A stretch of DNA of 64,000 bases, from NCBI GenBank assembly GCA_048884965.1, contig JBHLQH010000006.1, forward strand, positions 99,515 through 163,514. Direction: 5' to 3'. The translations under genes and the position numbers were made by a program. Below, in pieces: positions 37,501 through 45,151 of this stretch (position 1 is the first letter of the stretch; each line of letters begins with the position of its first letter). This stretch comes from Candidatus Thorarchaeota archaeon (lineage in GTDB: Archaea > Asgardarchaeota > Thorarchaeia > Thorarchaeales > Thorarchaeaceae). The notes under the pieces were generated by a model. The model was given only the letters and a program-made list of their open reading frames with translations, did no database searches and was not told the origin of the DNA.

Positions 37501-38038
37501 CGTGATTTGGATTCCGATACCTCTTTCAATCGGTGCGATCATCGTCAGTTTTCTAGGGACTTCCATAATGGCTCTTACTTTAGCAGGTATGTTTACCTCT
37601 CTTATCCTGCTCCTATCCACATTCACGAGACTATTGAATGAGTCCTTTAAAGATCGTTTCTGGGTTGTTACTGCAATCACCTCTGGAATGGCGACCTACT
37701 CCATTGCTACTGTAGCTTTTCAACCTCTAGCAAGTCTCTACCTAGCTGTCTTCATTGCCTCATGGGTTATGTTCCCGGTTTCTTTCAAGGTTTCAAAATA
37801 TCTCTTCAGTGCCCCACTCTTCTTTGCTGTCACTGGCTATGCCTTCACTTCCTTGATGGGTGAGTTCCTTCAAGGTCTTGCTTTGGCTCTATCACCATTC
37901 CTACTATTCATGGCACTTTTCATCAAGGAACGTGAGAGTGAGAGACCTCGACTTGCTTACCTGCGATTAGCAATCCTATTGATTCTATTGGGCTCCATCG
38001 CAGTCTTTGGACTATCTATGCTACCGCTATTCATGTAG
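31589..38038 (+). CDS. Giant polytopic membrane protein of unknown function (2149 aa)
   Basis: Uninterrupted 6.4-kb ORF made almost entirely of hydrophobic helices, with five basic amphipathic 11-mer repeat tracts. Confidence 0.85.
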   Translation: MSEMGTEKAARVADMMQTVARLLVVVIIIPSAIWLAMFSLLAGVIPDPIVRGLFSLTFGFGLAGIIVARMKYPVRGSILTSLAAAAGAISLAVFWNQLFATLAILHIFLLTLLGIFRYLRLKLEISYFRWLNIRSILALLIIATAPLPLIFYLIPFGISIFVLATVTSITIWFYMIGTQYLLRNPSLGTINAIIPVLGVSILLLENHLVLVPTSSGIVSVSVFLFGFGLCTLFTSQVFRFIQQSITQRPIKEYSEELRKRELLKSVGIEVESEKQVTQQTSSEDTIWLIKSGHAQILTGISLLILAAGIPAYFLWMVGGTPWAAEAFFLYLFVPLAILLTLLVSVPAPVMFRLAGIIRRTQESRIVRLLGFLIVTVASFGLFFWMQFYLISLSIPLSILLFVSGLTGIFKEIRLLWRAAWIRVSNAFKRLWTKLTESVRRIWRWIRSHYITAGIITDTLITGMIVAFFIYPYSLSSIIHLPYLFLGTTSLLIYTIFGLLGIAMIKAHPKKQYFASAGFSVLLLCLSLLSYWFYSISYDFYTSVSLASIWFIGFALMQVFKISRRSLSIPFFVGIIGLALNIYSYELQTSTYPVPILSIVCVFLVASIMLHKEYTRAFTAFVYAMITVGEKVAGVLRRVGGAIKRSLIRIGSVIRSGLIRIGGIIYRGAVWLGVQIVRFVLVLYAFVLVYFIGQFGYGYVAASPEVDFIYVFSGLSLLFFVLFTPSLLAKGIRQGRGLFACIFIISICFGLLVFSIANSADILVRVPFSVLMTLLVLMPVRNRMHEKIQNSLPYLAWTFFVGWLSAYTYLTFLPDIVFAVLMTSFIAGCGLLPIRLNKRFVLLSNIIYVILCVPSGSLVVYLVSSADLFLTILALIILPAFAFYRQYAAGIAVIGHAIHVAGIYILNGLRHVGRRILAGIRAIGSFILRGFYRIGTAIAMTFRFMLLILAANVILFMGIVSFGFSLLLIYYMLPIIQSYPFWELHVVLDFMLVSSMIWLPALAVRRADYSRALSSAIVSIAIAIGGICFLSYFSLLGIENAALLAISFSTIIFGVGTPNLLRRKVPIVASLIALMLFVLNLWALDLLLTISISVVGLSLLSLPFLGSSNRWRIVYPIASFTILGVFFYYIVLVLVGPILALTSFVLMETLFLMLPVQTRSWQVWWTFCFSSGYVLYAILSMLLIEGLISYLQFVFPVFIVIELLRLTPDIEYRFSEYSDVLGIIRALLLSVALFVLLPGDSLLLSAEVTFFLFALVMTVSLWGQVSDARQFAMVNIIAVSLSLLAGTYLVLLRNFDLLISYYFASIPIFVSLGYSTYEAQDKHRYWRFLQVLLTASFSLIWYTGYRTFESLILGIPTGLFIGSILASGTPWTGLAQQGLSRKLCFFTILFIESVWIWHAIFVLYTPASLFLIVSSMLLISSVVFPLTKNLSWIDFELVWDGISILMAITLGAFLTGWELFMFSLPPNPVLTLGWGLSIFSILSGSMIRYNEASQGEPASERISHKALLLSIPGWTLLGFSYSLVLIEPEVIIGVTALAFSAASIFYAAAHPEPTRRLHLFVNLAIAVSFSYLTYTWLQVVPPFERMTGTLLVWVALEIPTLGRYFYAGLLKASSFVYAGLVRTYTILRMNSVNLALILPVFVGLWFGSTFLFQASCPLLLGLDIRPCFQAISVAAVSIGAMYFLEGILLNGQISERVRTPSVALLGRGVLILLLSWTLPEAFPDIELVAYLLTGSVTFSLITMTALNLAFGFGKAAQRSWMFAGLSLLPATFLGLIRFAGLVPQTALAAALLLAFIMESPFLKSQIATAIAMMSRLVHVIAESLRAFGATLSRAIRRFALAVRIFFERFGYINWVVFSLIFTSGLSYFSGTFFSDLLGMSQLGILYWIPRISMPVFILGLLLLTVAIIRRTVKTTFGVSCVLVALSGAALTATTWLFDHSFILLSIATGVLLICFGGLTVLFERRAEGSKISVIWIPIPLSIGAIIVSFLGTSIMALTLAGMFTSLILLLSTFTRLLNESFKDRFWVVTAITSGMATYSIATVAFQPLASLYLAVFIASWVMFPVSFKVSKYLFSAPLFFAVTGYAFTSLMGEFLQGLALALSPFLLFMALFIKERESERPRLAYLRLAILLILLGSIAVFGLSMLPLFM

Positions 38039-38054
38039 GCAGAGAGGGAGTACT

Positions 38055-38531
38055 CTAGAACTCCTTCTCTGAGCAATATCCTCTTACATTTCTACCCGGA
38101 GTTCCATGGAATGTCCTGCCTTCACCACTCAGAGTTCTTCTTCTTTTCTTCTTTCGCCCCATGAATGGCTTGCTCATATCGAGATGCAATGCCGGTTCTT
38201 CCTGAAGATCCTGTACTCGAATGAACTCACCACCTAGTCCCTTTGCCAAACGCATCGAATAATCATACACCTGCACTCTTCCCTTTCGCAGAATATAGCT
38301 TCTCCCTTCTTCAACAAGATCAATATCATCATTCCACAGGGTTAGTAGGATTTTTGCAGTTTCATCAGCTACTAGAATATCCGACACAAGATGCTTTCTA
38401 CCTGTCTGCTTTGATGTTACTATCCTAGGTTCTTTCATTGAGATGACTTTGAAGAGTACATTCACTCGTCCCGTTTCCTCTGTGAAATCAGCTATCTTAG
38501 ACAGATTACCAATTGTCTCGTTCAATGACAT
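38055..38531 (-). CDS. Single OB-fold ssDNA-binding protein (crenarchaeal SSB/RPA-like)
   Basis: VNVLFKV, LVADETAKILLTLWND and G..Y....G.V motifs, with basic C-tail RKKKRRR. Confidence 0.82.
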   Translation of the reverse strand: MSLNETIGNLSKIADFTEETGRVNVLFKVISMKEPRIVTSKQTGRKHLVSDILVADETAKILLTLWNDDIDLVEEGRSYILRKGRVQVYDYSMRLAKGLGGEFIRVQDLQEEPALHLDMSKPFMGRKKKRRRTLSGEGRTFHGTPGRNVRGYCSEKEF

Positions 38532-38819
38532 CTCTACTTCACGTCAGAATATTGTTCCTAGATTTCCCTTATGAACACCTACAACATGTAACTGAGAATA
38601 TGCTCACATCTTTCGAAAATGCACTAAACTATTGTCAATTATATCGAAAACTAGTGATTTTTACAAAGAACGGTGAAAATGATTGTATACGACACATTTC
38701 GGTCTTTACGAGTTCGAATCCGTTCATGAAACTTGGAAATATGTGCAAGTGCGATTCCTCAACAGTTATCTCCCTATGAATTGCAGCGGATGCGACCTTT
38801 GACGAAGGAATGATGGTGA

Positions 38820-39884
38820 ATGCTGACATATACGATTCGAAAAGATGAGATGACAAAACTCGTCGAGACCCTCAAGGATGAGTATGATGTATATGGTCCA
38901 ATTGGAAAACGGACATCCCATGTGTTCGCTAGATTGGATGATCCCTCAAAACTCGACCTTGAATATGATTCTACGATAATGTCACCAAAGAAGTACTTCA
39001 CTCCTAGTAATCAAGTCCTCATGAGAGTTGGATTGAAGAATACAACTATAGAGGATACAATACAAGAGATACTGAATAGGAAGCCAAGGATATTACTTGG
39101 TGTTCATTCCTGTGATATAAACGGTATCAACTTTCTCAATCGTGTCTTCGGTGGTGCCTATAATGATCCCTACTATGAAGCCTATCGAGAGATTACTACG
39201 ATTGTTGGATTGAACTGCCTCGAACCCTGCAAGTACGGATTCTGTCGCTCTGTCAACAAGAACTTCGTCCTTGAAGGCTATGACTTGTATCTTACAGATA
39301 TCTCTAACACTCATTATTATGTTCATGTGGGGTCCCCTAGAGGTGACCGAGTCCTAACTTTCGCTTCTGATCTATTCAAAGACGCTACAGAGGATGACAA
39401 TGAGCTATTCAAAGCTGCCTTGCGCAGGAAGCATGAGAACTTACCTGTTTCATTGCATATTGATAATATCCATGAAACATTAGACATGTCTTGGGATGAT
39501 GAGATTTGGGATGAGCTTGGTACCAAGTGTATGAATTGCGGCTCGTGTGCATTGGTGTGTCCAACCTGTTATTGCTTTGATGTGAACGATAGAGTCGATC
39601 TAGCAATATCAAAAGTCGAGCGGACAAGAAAATGGGATACCTGTTTATTCTATGATTTTGCACTTGTCGCAGGAAATCACAATTTCCGCGAGGACCCTCC
39701 TGCCAGATTGAAGTATAGATTCTACCACAAATTCCGTGGTGCCATTCATGAGCAAGGAGAGATTGCTTGCACTGGATGCGGGAGGTGTATCGACGCATGT
39801 CCCGCTGGTATCAGTATCAAAGATGTATTGTTCCGATTGCAGGAGTATTGGGCTGCTTCCCCATCACCACAAGGAGGTCTCTAG
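38820..39884 (+). CDS. hydB: Group 3b [NiFe]-hydrogenase (sulfhydrogenase) beta, Fe-S subunit
   Basis: SPKKYF, GVHSCD, CLEPCKYGFC, CMNCGSCALVCPTCYC, WDTC and CTGCGRCIDACP. Confidence 0.92.
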   Translation: MLTYTIRKDEMTKLVETLKDEYDVYGPIGKRTSHVFARLDDPSKLDLEYDSTIMSPKKYFTPSNQVLMRVGLKNTTIEDTIQEILNRKPRILLGVHSCDINGINFLNRVFGGAYNDPYYEAYREITTIVGLNCLEPCKYGFCRSVNKNFVLEGYDLYLTDISNTHYYVHVGSPRGDRVLTFASDLFKDATEDDNELFKAALRRKHENLPVSLHIDNIHETLDMSWDDEIWDELGTKCMNCGSCALVCPTCYCFDVNDRVDLAISKVERTRKWDTCLFYDFALVAGNHNFREDPPARLKYRFYHKFRGAIHEQGEIACTGCGRCIDACPAGISIKDVLFRLQEYWAASPSPQGGL

Positions 39885-40733
39885 ATGCAGATCCATCTTA
39901 GGAAAGAAAACGAGTATGTGCCAGATTTGGCAAAGCTAGTGAAGAAGACTAAGTTGACCGAGAAGGAAACTCTATTCGAGTTCAGATTCGAAGACTCTGA
40001 GGTTCGTGAGCTCTTCTCCTATAATCCTGGTCAATTCGTTCAATTGAGCATGTTCGGTATAGGTGAAGCTCCTTTCTCCATATCTTCTACGCCTACGAGA
40101 AAAGGAGTCCTAGAGCTTGGAATAAGAAGAACTGGCGATGTGACTCGTGCTATTCACAAGTTAGATGTTGGTGACCACGTAGGTATTCGTGGACCCTATG
40201 GGAACGGATTTCCTATGAACAAGATGAAAGGTCACAATCTTCTATTTGTTGCAGGAGGAATCGGATTGGTTCCTTTGAGATCCGTGATCAACTACGTTGC
40301 GGATAATAGAGAGGATTATGGGAAAGTAACGATCTTCTATGGTGCTTGTCTTCCAGAAGAACGCGTATTTGTTGATGAGATAGAGAATGTCTGGCCAAAG
40401 ATACCCGATTTTGACGTGCATCAGACCGTTGATGAATGTCACTCGACATGGCAAGGCAACGTTGGTGTAGTTACTACCTTGTTCAGTAAGTGTGCTGTAG
40501 ATTCAACAGACACTATGAGTCTGATTTGTGGTCCACCTGTAATGTACAAGTTCGTTGTGCGAGATCTTCTAAAATTGGGTTTCGCACGCGACGAGATTCT
40601 CCTATCTCTCGAAAGAAGGATGAAGTGTGGAATTGGGAAATGCGCTCACTGTCAGGTTGGTCATAAGTTGACTTGTGTCGATGGTCCTGTCTTCACCTAT
40701 TTCGAGGCAGAACGTCTTGTGGAGAGCATCTAG
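39885..40733 (+). CDS. hydG: Group 3b hydrogenase gamma, FAD/NAD(P)-binding subunit
   Basis: PGQF, GEAPFSISS, RGPYGNGF, AGGIGLVPLRS, CGPPVM and ERRMKCGIGKCAHC..CVDGPVF. Confidence 0.94.
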   Translation: MQIHLRKENEYVPDLAKLVKKTKLTEKETLFEFRFEDSEVRELFSYNPGQFVQLSMFGIGEAPFSISSTPTRKGVLELGIRRTGDVTRAIHKLDVGDHVGIRGPYGNGFPMNKMKGHNLLFVAGGIGLVPLRSVINYVADNREDYGKVTIFYGACLPEERVFVDEIENVWPKIPDFDVHQTVDECHSTWQGNVGVVTTLFSKCAVDSTDTMSLICGPPVMYKFVVRDLLKLGFARDEILLSLERRMKCGIGKCAHCQVGHKLTCVDGPVFTYFEAERLVESI

Positions 40734-40744
40734 GAGGCTATCAA

Positions 40745-41521
40745 ATGGGGAACAATGGTAAACCTACGGTTGGTATCTTTGGATTCACAGGATGTGCAGG
40801 ATGTCAATTAAACATCTTGAATCTTGAGGATCATTTGGTAGATCTTCTTGGGCTCATTGACATTACCACATGGGTCATGGCGAAGGGAGAGAATGGACCC
40901 GGTCCTTGGGACATTGCTCTTGTTGAAGGTTCAATTGCCAAGAACTCAGAAATCGAGAGGATCAAGAAGATTCGTGAGAATTGTAAGATTCTAGTGACCA
41001 TCGGATCATGTGCGACCCATGGAGGACTCCCTGCCATGAGGAATGTTCGCGACACTCAGAGTATGATGAAGACAGTCTACGGGGATAAGATCGTCCATCT
41101 TGATGTGATGGAAAAAATCATGCCGGTGTCTCACTATGTGAAAGTGGATGCGCAGCTTCCGGGTTGCCCTATGGACAAGAATGAATTTGTCGAAGCTGTG
41201 AAGGCCATTGCAGTTGGAAAGACTCCCGTCGTTCCAAACTACTCAATCTGCTATGAATGTCGAATTCGTGAGAATGCTTGTCTCCTCAAAGAAGGCAAAT
41301 TCTGTATGGGTCCAGTCACACAAGCAGGTTGTAATGCACTGTGTCCAAGTAATGGAGCCGCATGCGAAGGATGTCGAGGACCTGTAGCACAGGTGAACTG
41401 GGGGGCTGAGTATAAGATACTTGAAGAACTTGGCGCGACCCCTGAAGATATTCGGCGACGGTTCCTGAAATATTGCCCATCTACGGCAGACATGCCCAAA
41501 TTCCAGGAGTTGAGCTTCTAA
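40745..41521 (+). CDS. hydD: Group 3b hydrogenase delta (small) subunit
   Basis: GCAGCQ, VEGS, GSCATHGG, PGCP, CYEC, CMGPVT.AGC.A.CP and CEGCRG. Start is ATG 40745 after GGAGG. Confidence 0.94.
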   Translation: MGNNGKPTVGIFGFTGCAGCQLNILNLEDHLVDLLGLIDITTWVMAKGENGPGPWDIALVEGSIAKNSEIERIKKIRENCKILVTIGSCATHGGLPAMRNVRDTQSMMKTVYGDKIVHLDVMEKIMPVSHYVKVDAQLPGCPMDKNEFVEAVKAIAVGKTPVVPNYSICYECRIRENACLLKEGKFCMGPVTQAGCNALCPSNGAACEGCRGPVAQVNWGAEYKILEELGATPEDIRRRFLKYCPSTADMPKFQELSF

Positions 41522-42801
41522 TGACTATGAATGACATTGAACTAAAACACATTGCACGTGTCGAGGGCCATGGATCCCTCTACGTGACAACCAAGGATAA
41601 CAAGCTCGTTGATGTGAAAATGGCTGTTGATGAAGGCGCACGCCTATTCGAAGCATTCCTAGTTGGAAGGGAGTATACAGAGGTACCCGAGATAGCTTGT
41701 AGAATATGTGCGATATGTAGCGCGTCACATAGAGTCGTATCCACGAAAGCAGTGGAGAAGGCAATGGGCATCGAGGTTTCGGAACAGGATAATGACCTTC
41801 GAAGACTCCTTGTTTGGGGCGAATATATCGAATCACACATACTGCATGCTCTCTATCTCGCCCTTCCAGATTATGTAGGCCATGAGAGTGTGATTTCTGC
41901 AATTGCAGATTTTCCTGATTTGGTGAAGATAGCTCTCAAACTGAAGAAGCTTGGAAACGATATGCAAATTCTAGTTGGTGGTCGTGAAGTACACCAAGTA
42001 TCAGTTCGGGTTGGAGGTTTCTCAATCTATCCCGATGAAGAAGAACTCGAGAAGATGAAATACCGCCTCATCAAGGCACGAGCTGACCTTCAGAAATGCG
42101 TGGATGTGTGGGCAACTCTCGATGAGATACCCTTTGAGAGAAAGACAGAGTTTCTGGCAATTCGTCGAGATGATGAATATGCATTGGTCGATGGAGACAT
42201 TGCTACCCTGAGTGGAATCAGAGCTCCAGTCGAGGACTACAAGAAATACATCCAAGAGAAAATCCCTGACTACAGTCAAGCAAAGGCTTGCGAGCACAAG
42301 GGTGAGGCTTTCTTCGTAGGTGCATTAGCTCGACTTAACATCAACAAGGATCTACTTCTGCCCTATGCCAAGAAGGTAGTAAGTCAACTAGGTGTAAAAC
42401 TGCCCAGCTATAATACTTTCCATAATAACGCCGCGCAGCTTATTGAAACTGCACAAGTCTTTGAGATGGCTGAGCAAACGATTGAGAAACTATTGAAGGC
42501 AGACCTAGAATGGCATGAACCTGAGATCGTACCAAGAGCTGGAAGAGGGACTCACATCACTGAAGCTCCTAGAGGTTCTCTTGTACACTCCTATGAGTTC
42601 GATGAGAAAGGTCTCCTGACCAAGGCTGATATAATCGCACCGACAACAATGAACTATGTGAATATGGAAGAGGATGTCCGTGCATTCTTTCCTCAGATTG
42701 CAGGAAAACCCAAGGAAGAGATCATGTTCAACTTGAACCGTCTGATCCGGGCATACGATCCTTGTATCAGTTGTTCTTGTCACATGGCTGAAATCAAATG
42801 A
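41521..42801 (+). CDS. hydA: Group 3b [NiFe]-hydrogenase alpha (large) subunit
   Basis: RVEGHG, L1 RICAIC, EAPRG.L.H, PT and L2 DPCISCSCH with a short C-terminal extension. TAATG overlap with hydD. Confidence 0.95.
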   Translation: MTMNDIELKHIARVEGHGSLYVTTKDNKLVDVKMAVDEGARLFEAFLVGREYTEVPEIACRICAICSASHRVVSTKAVEKAMGIEVSEQDNDLRRLLVWGEYIESHILHALYLALPDYVGHESVISAIADFPDLVKIALKLKKLGNDMQILVGGREVHQVSVRVGGFSIYPDEEELEKMKYRLIKARADLQKCVDVWATLDEIPFERKTEFLAIRRDDEYALVDGDIATLSGIRAPVEDYKKYIQEKIPDYSQAKACEHKGEAFFVGALARLNINKDLLLPYAKKVVSQLGVKLPSYNTFHNNAAQLIETAQVFEMAEQTIEKLLKADLEWHEPEIVPRAGRGTHITEAPRGSLVHSYEFDEKGLLTKADIIAPTTMNYVNMEEDVRAFFPQIAGKPKEEIMFNLNRLIRAYDPCISCSCHMAEIK

Positions 42802-42809
42802 TGCCATTG

Positions 42810-42846
42810 GAGGAGGAATTTTCCTCCTCATTCTTCCTTTTTCTTT
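42810..42846 (+). terminator. Stem-loop plus T-tract after the hydrogenase operon
   Basis: GAGGAGGA-attt-TCCTCCTC followed by TTCTTCCTTTTTCTTT. Confidence 0.65.
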
Positions 42847-42919
42847 AACGCTAATGCGTACTATTCATAAGTAGGAAAGTTATCAGTATCTTGTTTGTTA
42901 GAAACTGGAATGATAATAG

Positions 42920-43318
42920 ATGACTACGCGCATCTTACTGGTTGATGACGACTTAGCCGTGCCAAAACTCATTGGAATATATCTTAGGAGTTACCTTGAC
43001 GATTTCATGATCGATACAATGGGGAACGGAGAGGACACCATTGACATGATAAAAGGACGAATTGACTCCAATCAAGCGAATGCTCTTCCAAATATTACTA
43101 TTCTTGACTATCGGATGCCTGGAGTCGGTGGTTTGGAAGTGGCGGCTGAACTCTCTAATCTTGGATTGAAGAACATCTATCTCATGACAGCGTATATATC
43201 TCCAGAACTAATCGCAGCGGCACAATTAGCAGGTGCACGGGGTATCATGAAGAAGAGTGAGGGCTTCAATGAAGTTGCGAAGAAAATAGCTGACATAGCG
43301 AGGACTATGCAGACCTAA
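42920..43318 (+). CDS. Stand-alone response regulator receiver (CheY-like)
   Basis: ILLVDDD, phospho-acceptor ILDYRMP, MTA and conserved Lys. Confidence 0.9.
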   Translation: MTTRILLVDDDLAVPKLIGIYLRSYLDDFMIDTMGNGEDTIDMIKGRIDSNQANALPNITILDYRMPGVGGLEVAAELSNLGLKNIYLMTAYISPELIAAAQLAGARGIMKKSEGFNEVAKKIADIARTMQT

Positions 43319-43399
43319 GATGCCTGTGTGGTTTATCAACACAACCCTTTTCAGAATGTATTTTCCTTACAACTCGCTAATTGAATCGGAGGTTCAGGA

Positions 43400-45055
43400 A
43401 TGGCACGCTCGCGGTCAAGGCTTATTATGTTACTATTCACAGGATTTCTTGCTCTTTTGTTCATATCAGGGATGAACCCTGCACATGCACAACAATATGG
43501 TGGGGAATGGATTGAGGATGATAATCTTCACATCGATCTTAGATTCGATGGAATTTCAATTACAACGGCAAATTCTGATGCCAACGCCATTATTGTGCCG
43601 CGCAACGAACCAATGGAGATCTATCTGGATGTCAATGTTACGAATGATGTTCCTTTGCTAATGAATGGAAGTATAGTCTTCTATTACAATGATATCCCTG
43701 TCCTCCCAATCGTGATTCAAAGTCCCTACGATAACTCAACAACCGTTCTTGTGCCTAATGACCCTGCCTTTGATCCTATACCTGTGACATATATGTTCAA
43801 CCTAAGTCAATATTTACAGCTTGGTCCAATAGATATTATCACAGGAATATTTGAGGCTCGTCTGAGTTTCTTCTATTCAGAGGTCGACCCGACAGATTAT
43901 GCCCGTTCTAAGGTCCTTCATGAGATAAATGAGGAATTCTATTTCCGCTTGGAAACTGACAATGTGTTACAGGTGATAACATCAGTAGCTGGTATTGCTA
44001 CTACAGCATCAACTGTTGGAGCAGTTGCAGGATTCACTGGGAACATCAAGGCACTATTTGAAGGAGTTCAGACAGCTCATAAAGTACGTAGTATTCAGAA
44101 GAAAGCTTCAGAGATTCGATCACTTCCAAACCTAACCGTGCTTGGAGCACTGCCACTTCTATTTTCGATAGTTGCTACTTATGTCAAGGTGAAGAAGAAG
44201 AAGAAGAAGGATGAAACCGTATCAGAATCTGAAGATGCTGCGGTCAGTGAGTACATCATCCGGCAACGTCTGAGGGAAGTTGCTCCTGAAGCATGGCCTG
44301 GTGATAAATGTCCGCAATGCAAACGAAAGTGGGACAAAAAGAACAGTACTTGCAAGAAATGCAAGATCAATGAAGACCAAGCTCGAGACGCCTATACTGA
44401 ATTGCTTGTTAGTAGGACCGAGAGGGCAGTCAAGGTCATGGGCAAGAAGAAATCATTGTCCATTCGAAAACTCGCAAAGAAGATCAAATCCAATGAGTAC
44501 AATGCTGGTGTGATTGGAGCTGCGATGGTGGATACTGATGTGACCGAGATCGAGAAGGTCGAAACTCCGTTCAGGAGCTTCATCCTAAATATCGGTGGTC
44601 TTATCTTCCTCGTGCTGACTTGGCAACAGCTTTTGGGTGGCGCATCCAGTCAATTCCAGACTACCCTGACCTTTGTAGGTGCAGGAATGTCTCTTGCTGT
44701 TATCGTAGCTCTCTATTTCGCTCGCAAGATCCAGATTGAGAAAATGCGAAAGAGAGTCGAAGCTGGTGGGATGATGATGCCTACCGAAGCTGAGCGCATA
44801 GGTGAGAAGGATCCCAAATCAATAATCAAAGAGAAAGAAGTCGAACCTGAGGAAGAAGTCGTATCTGAGGAAGCCGTTGAAATTGAGGACGAAGCTGATG
44901 CATTCGATGACGACGAAGAGGAAGAATCGGATGATGAAACTGCTAGTAACAATGAGAACCTTCTTGATGATGACTTGGAAGATTCTGATTGGGACGACGA
45001 TGAATCCGATGAAGATTCCCTGACTCCCGAGAGACTCGATAAAGAAAGGAAATGA
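43400..45055 (+). CDS. Membrane protein with extracellular beta domain, cytoplasmic CxxC-CxxC zinc finger and acidic tail
   Basis: Signal peptide ending AHA, several TMs, poly-Lys stop-transfer, CPQC..CKKC and Asp/Glu-rich C-terminus. Confidence 0.7.
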   Translation: MARSRSRLIMLLFTGFLALLFISGMNPAHAQQYGGEWIEDDNLHIDLRFDGISITTANSDANAIIVPRNEPMEIYLDVNVTNDVPLLMNGSIVFYYNDIPVLPIVIQSPYDNSTTVLVPNDPAFDPIPVTYMFNLSQYLQLGPIDIITGIFEARLSFFYSEVDPTDYARSKVLHEINEEFYFRLETDNVLQVITSVAGIATTASTVGAVAGFTGNIKALFEGVQTAHKVRSIQKKASEIRSLPNLTVLGALPLLFSIVATYVKVKKKKKKDETVSESEDAAVSEYIIRQRLREVAPEAWPGDKCPQCKRKWDKKNSTCKKCKINEDQARDAYTELLVSRTERAVKVMGKKKSLSIRKLAKKIKSNEYNAGVIGAAMVDTDVTEIEKVETPFRSFILNIGGLIFLVLTWQQLLGGASSQFQTTLTFVGAGMSLAVIVALYFARKIQIEKMRKRVEAGGMMMPTEAERIGEKDPKSIIKEKEVEPEEEVVSEEAVEIEDEADAFDDDEEEESDDETASNNENLLDDDLEDSDWDDDESDEDSLTPERLDKERK

Positions 45056-45151
45056 GGAGGCGTCTAGGCGTTTCCTCAGCATTTTCCGCCTTCATTAATG
45101 GCAAGTGGAAAAGCTGAAATGGAAGTAGTTTTGGTGAAGATGTAGGAGCTT

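Noticed and set aside
40673-41520. Longer N-termini given by the ORF track for hydD (40673) and hydA (41473)
   Set aside because: They overlap upstream genes. SD-supported or coupled ATGs at 40745 and 41521 fit family N-termini.
38820-42846. Selenocysteine ([NiFeSe]) hydrogenase or SECIS hairpins
   Set aside because: All ligand positions are Cys codons, no in-frame TGA is needed in any gene, and the hairpins are too short for SECIS.
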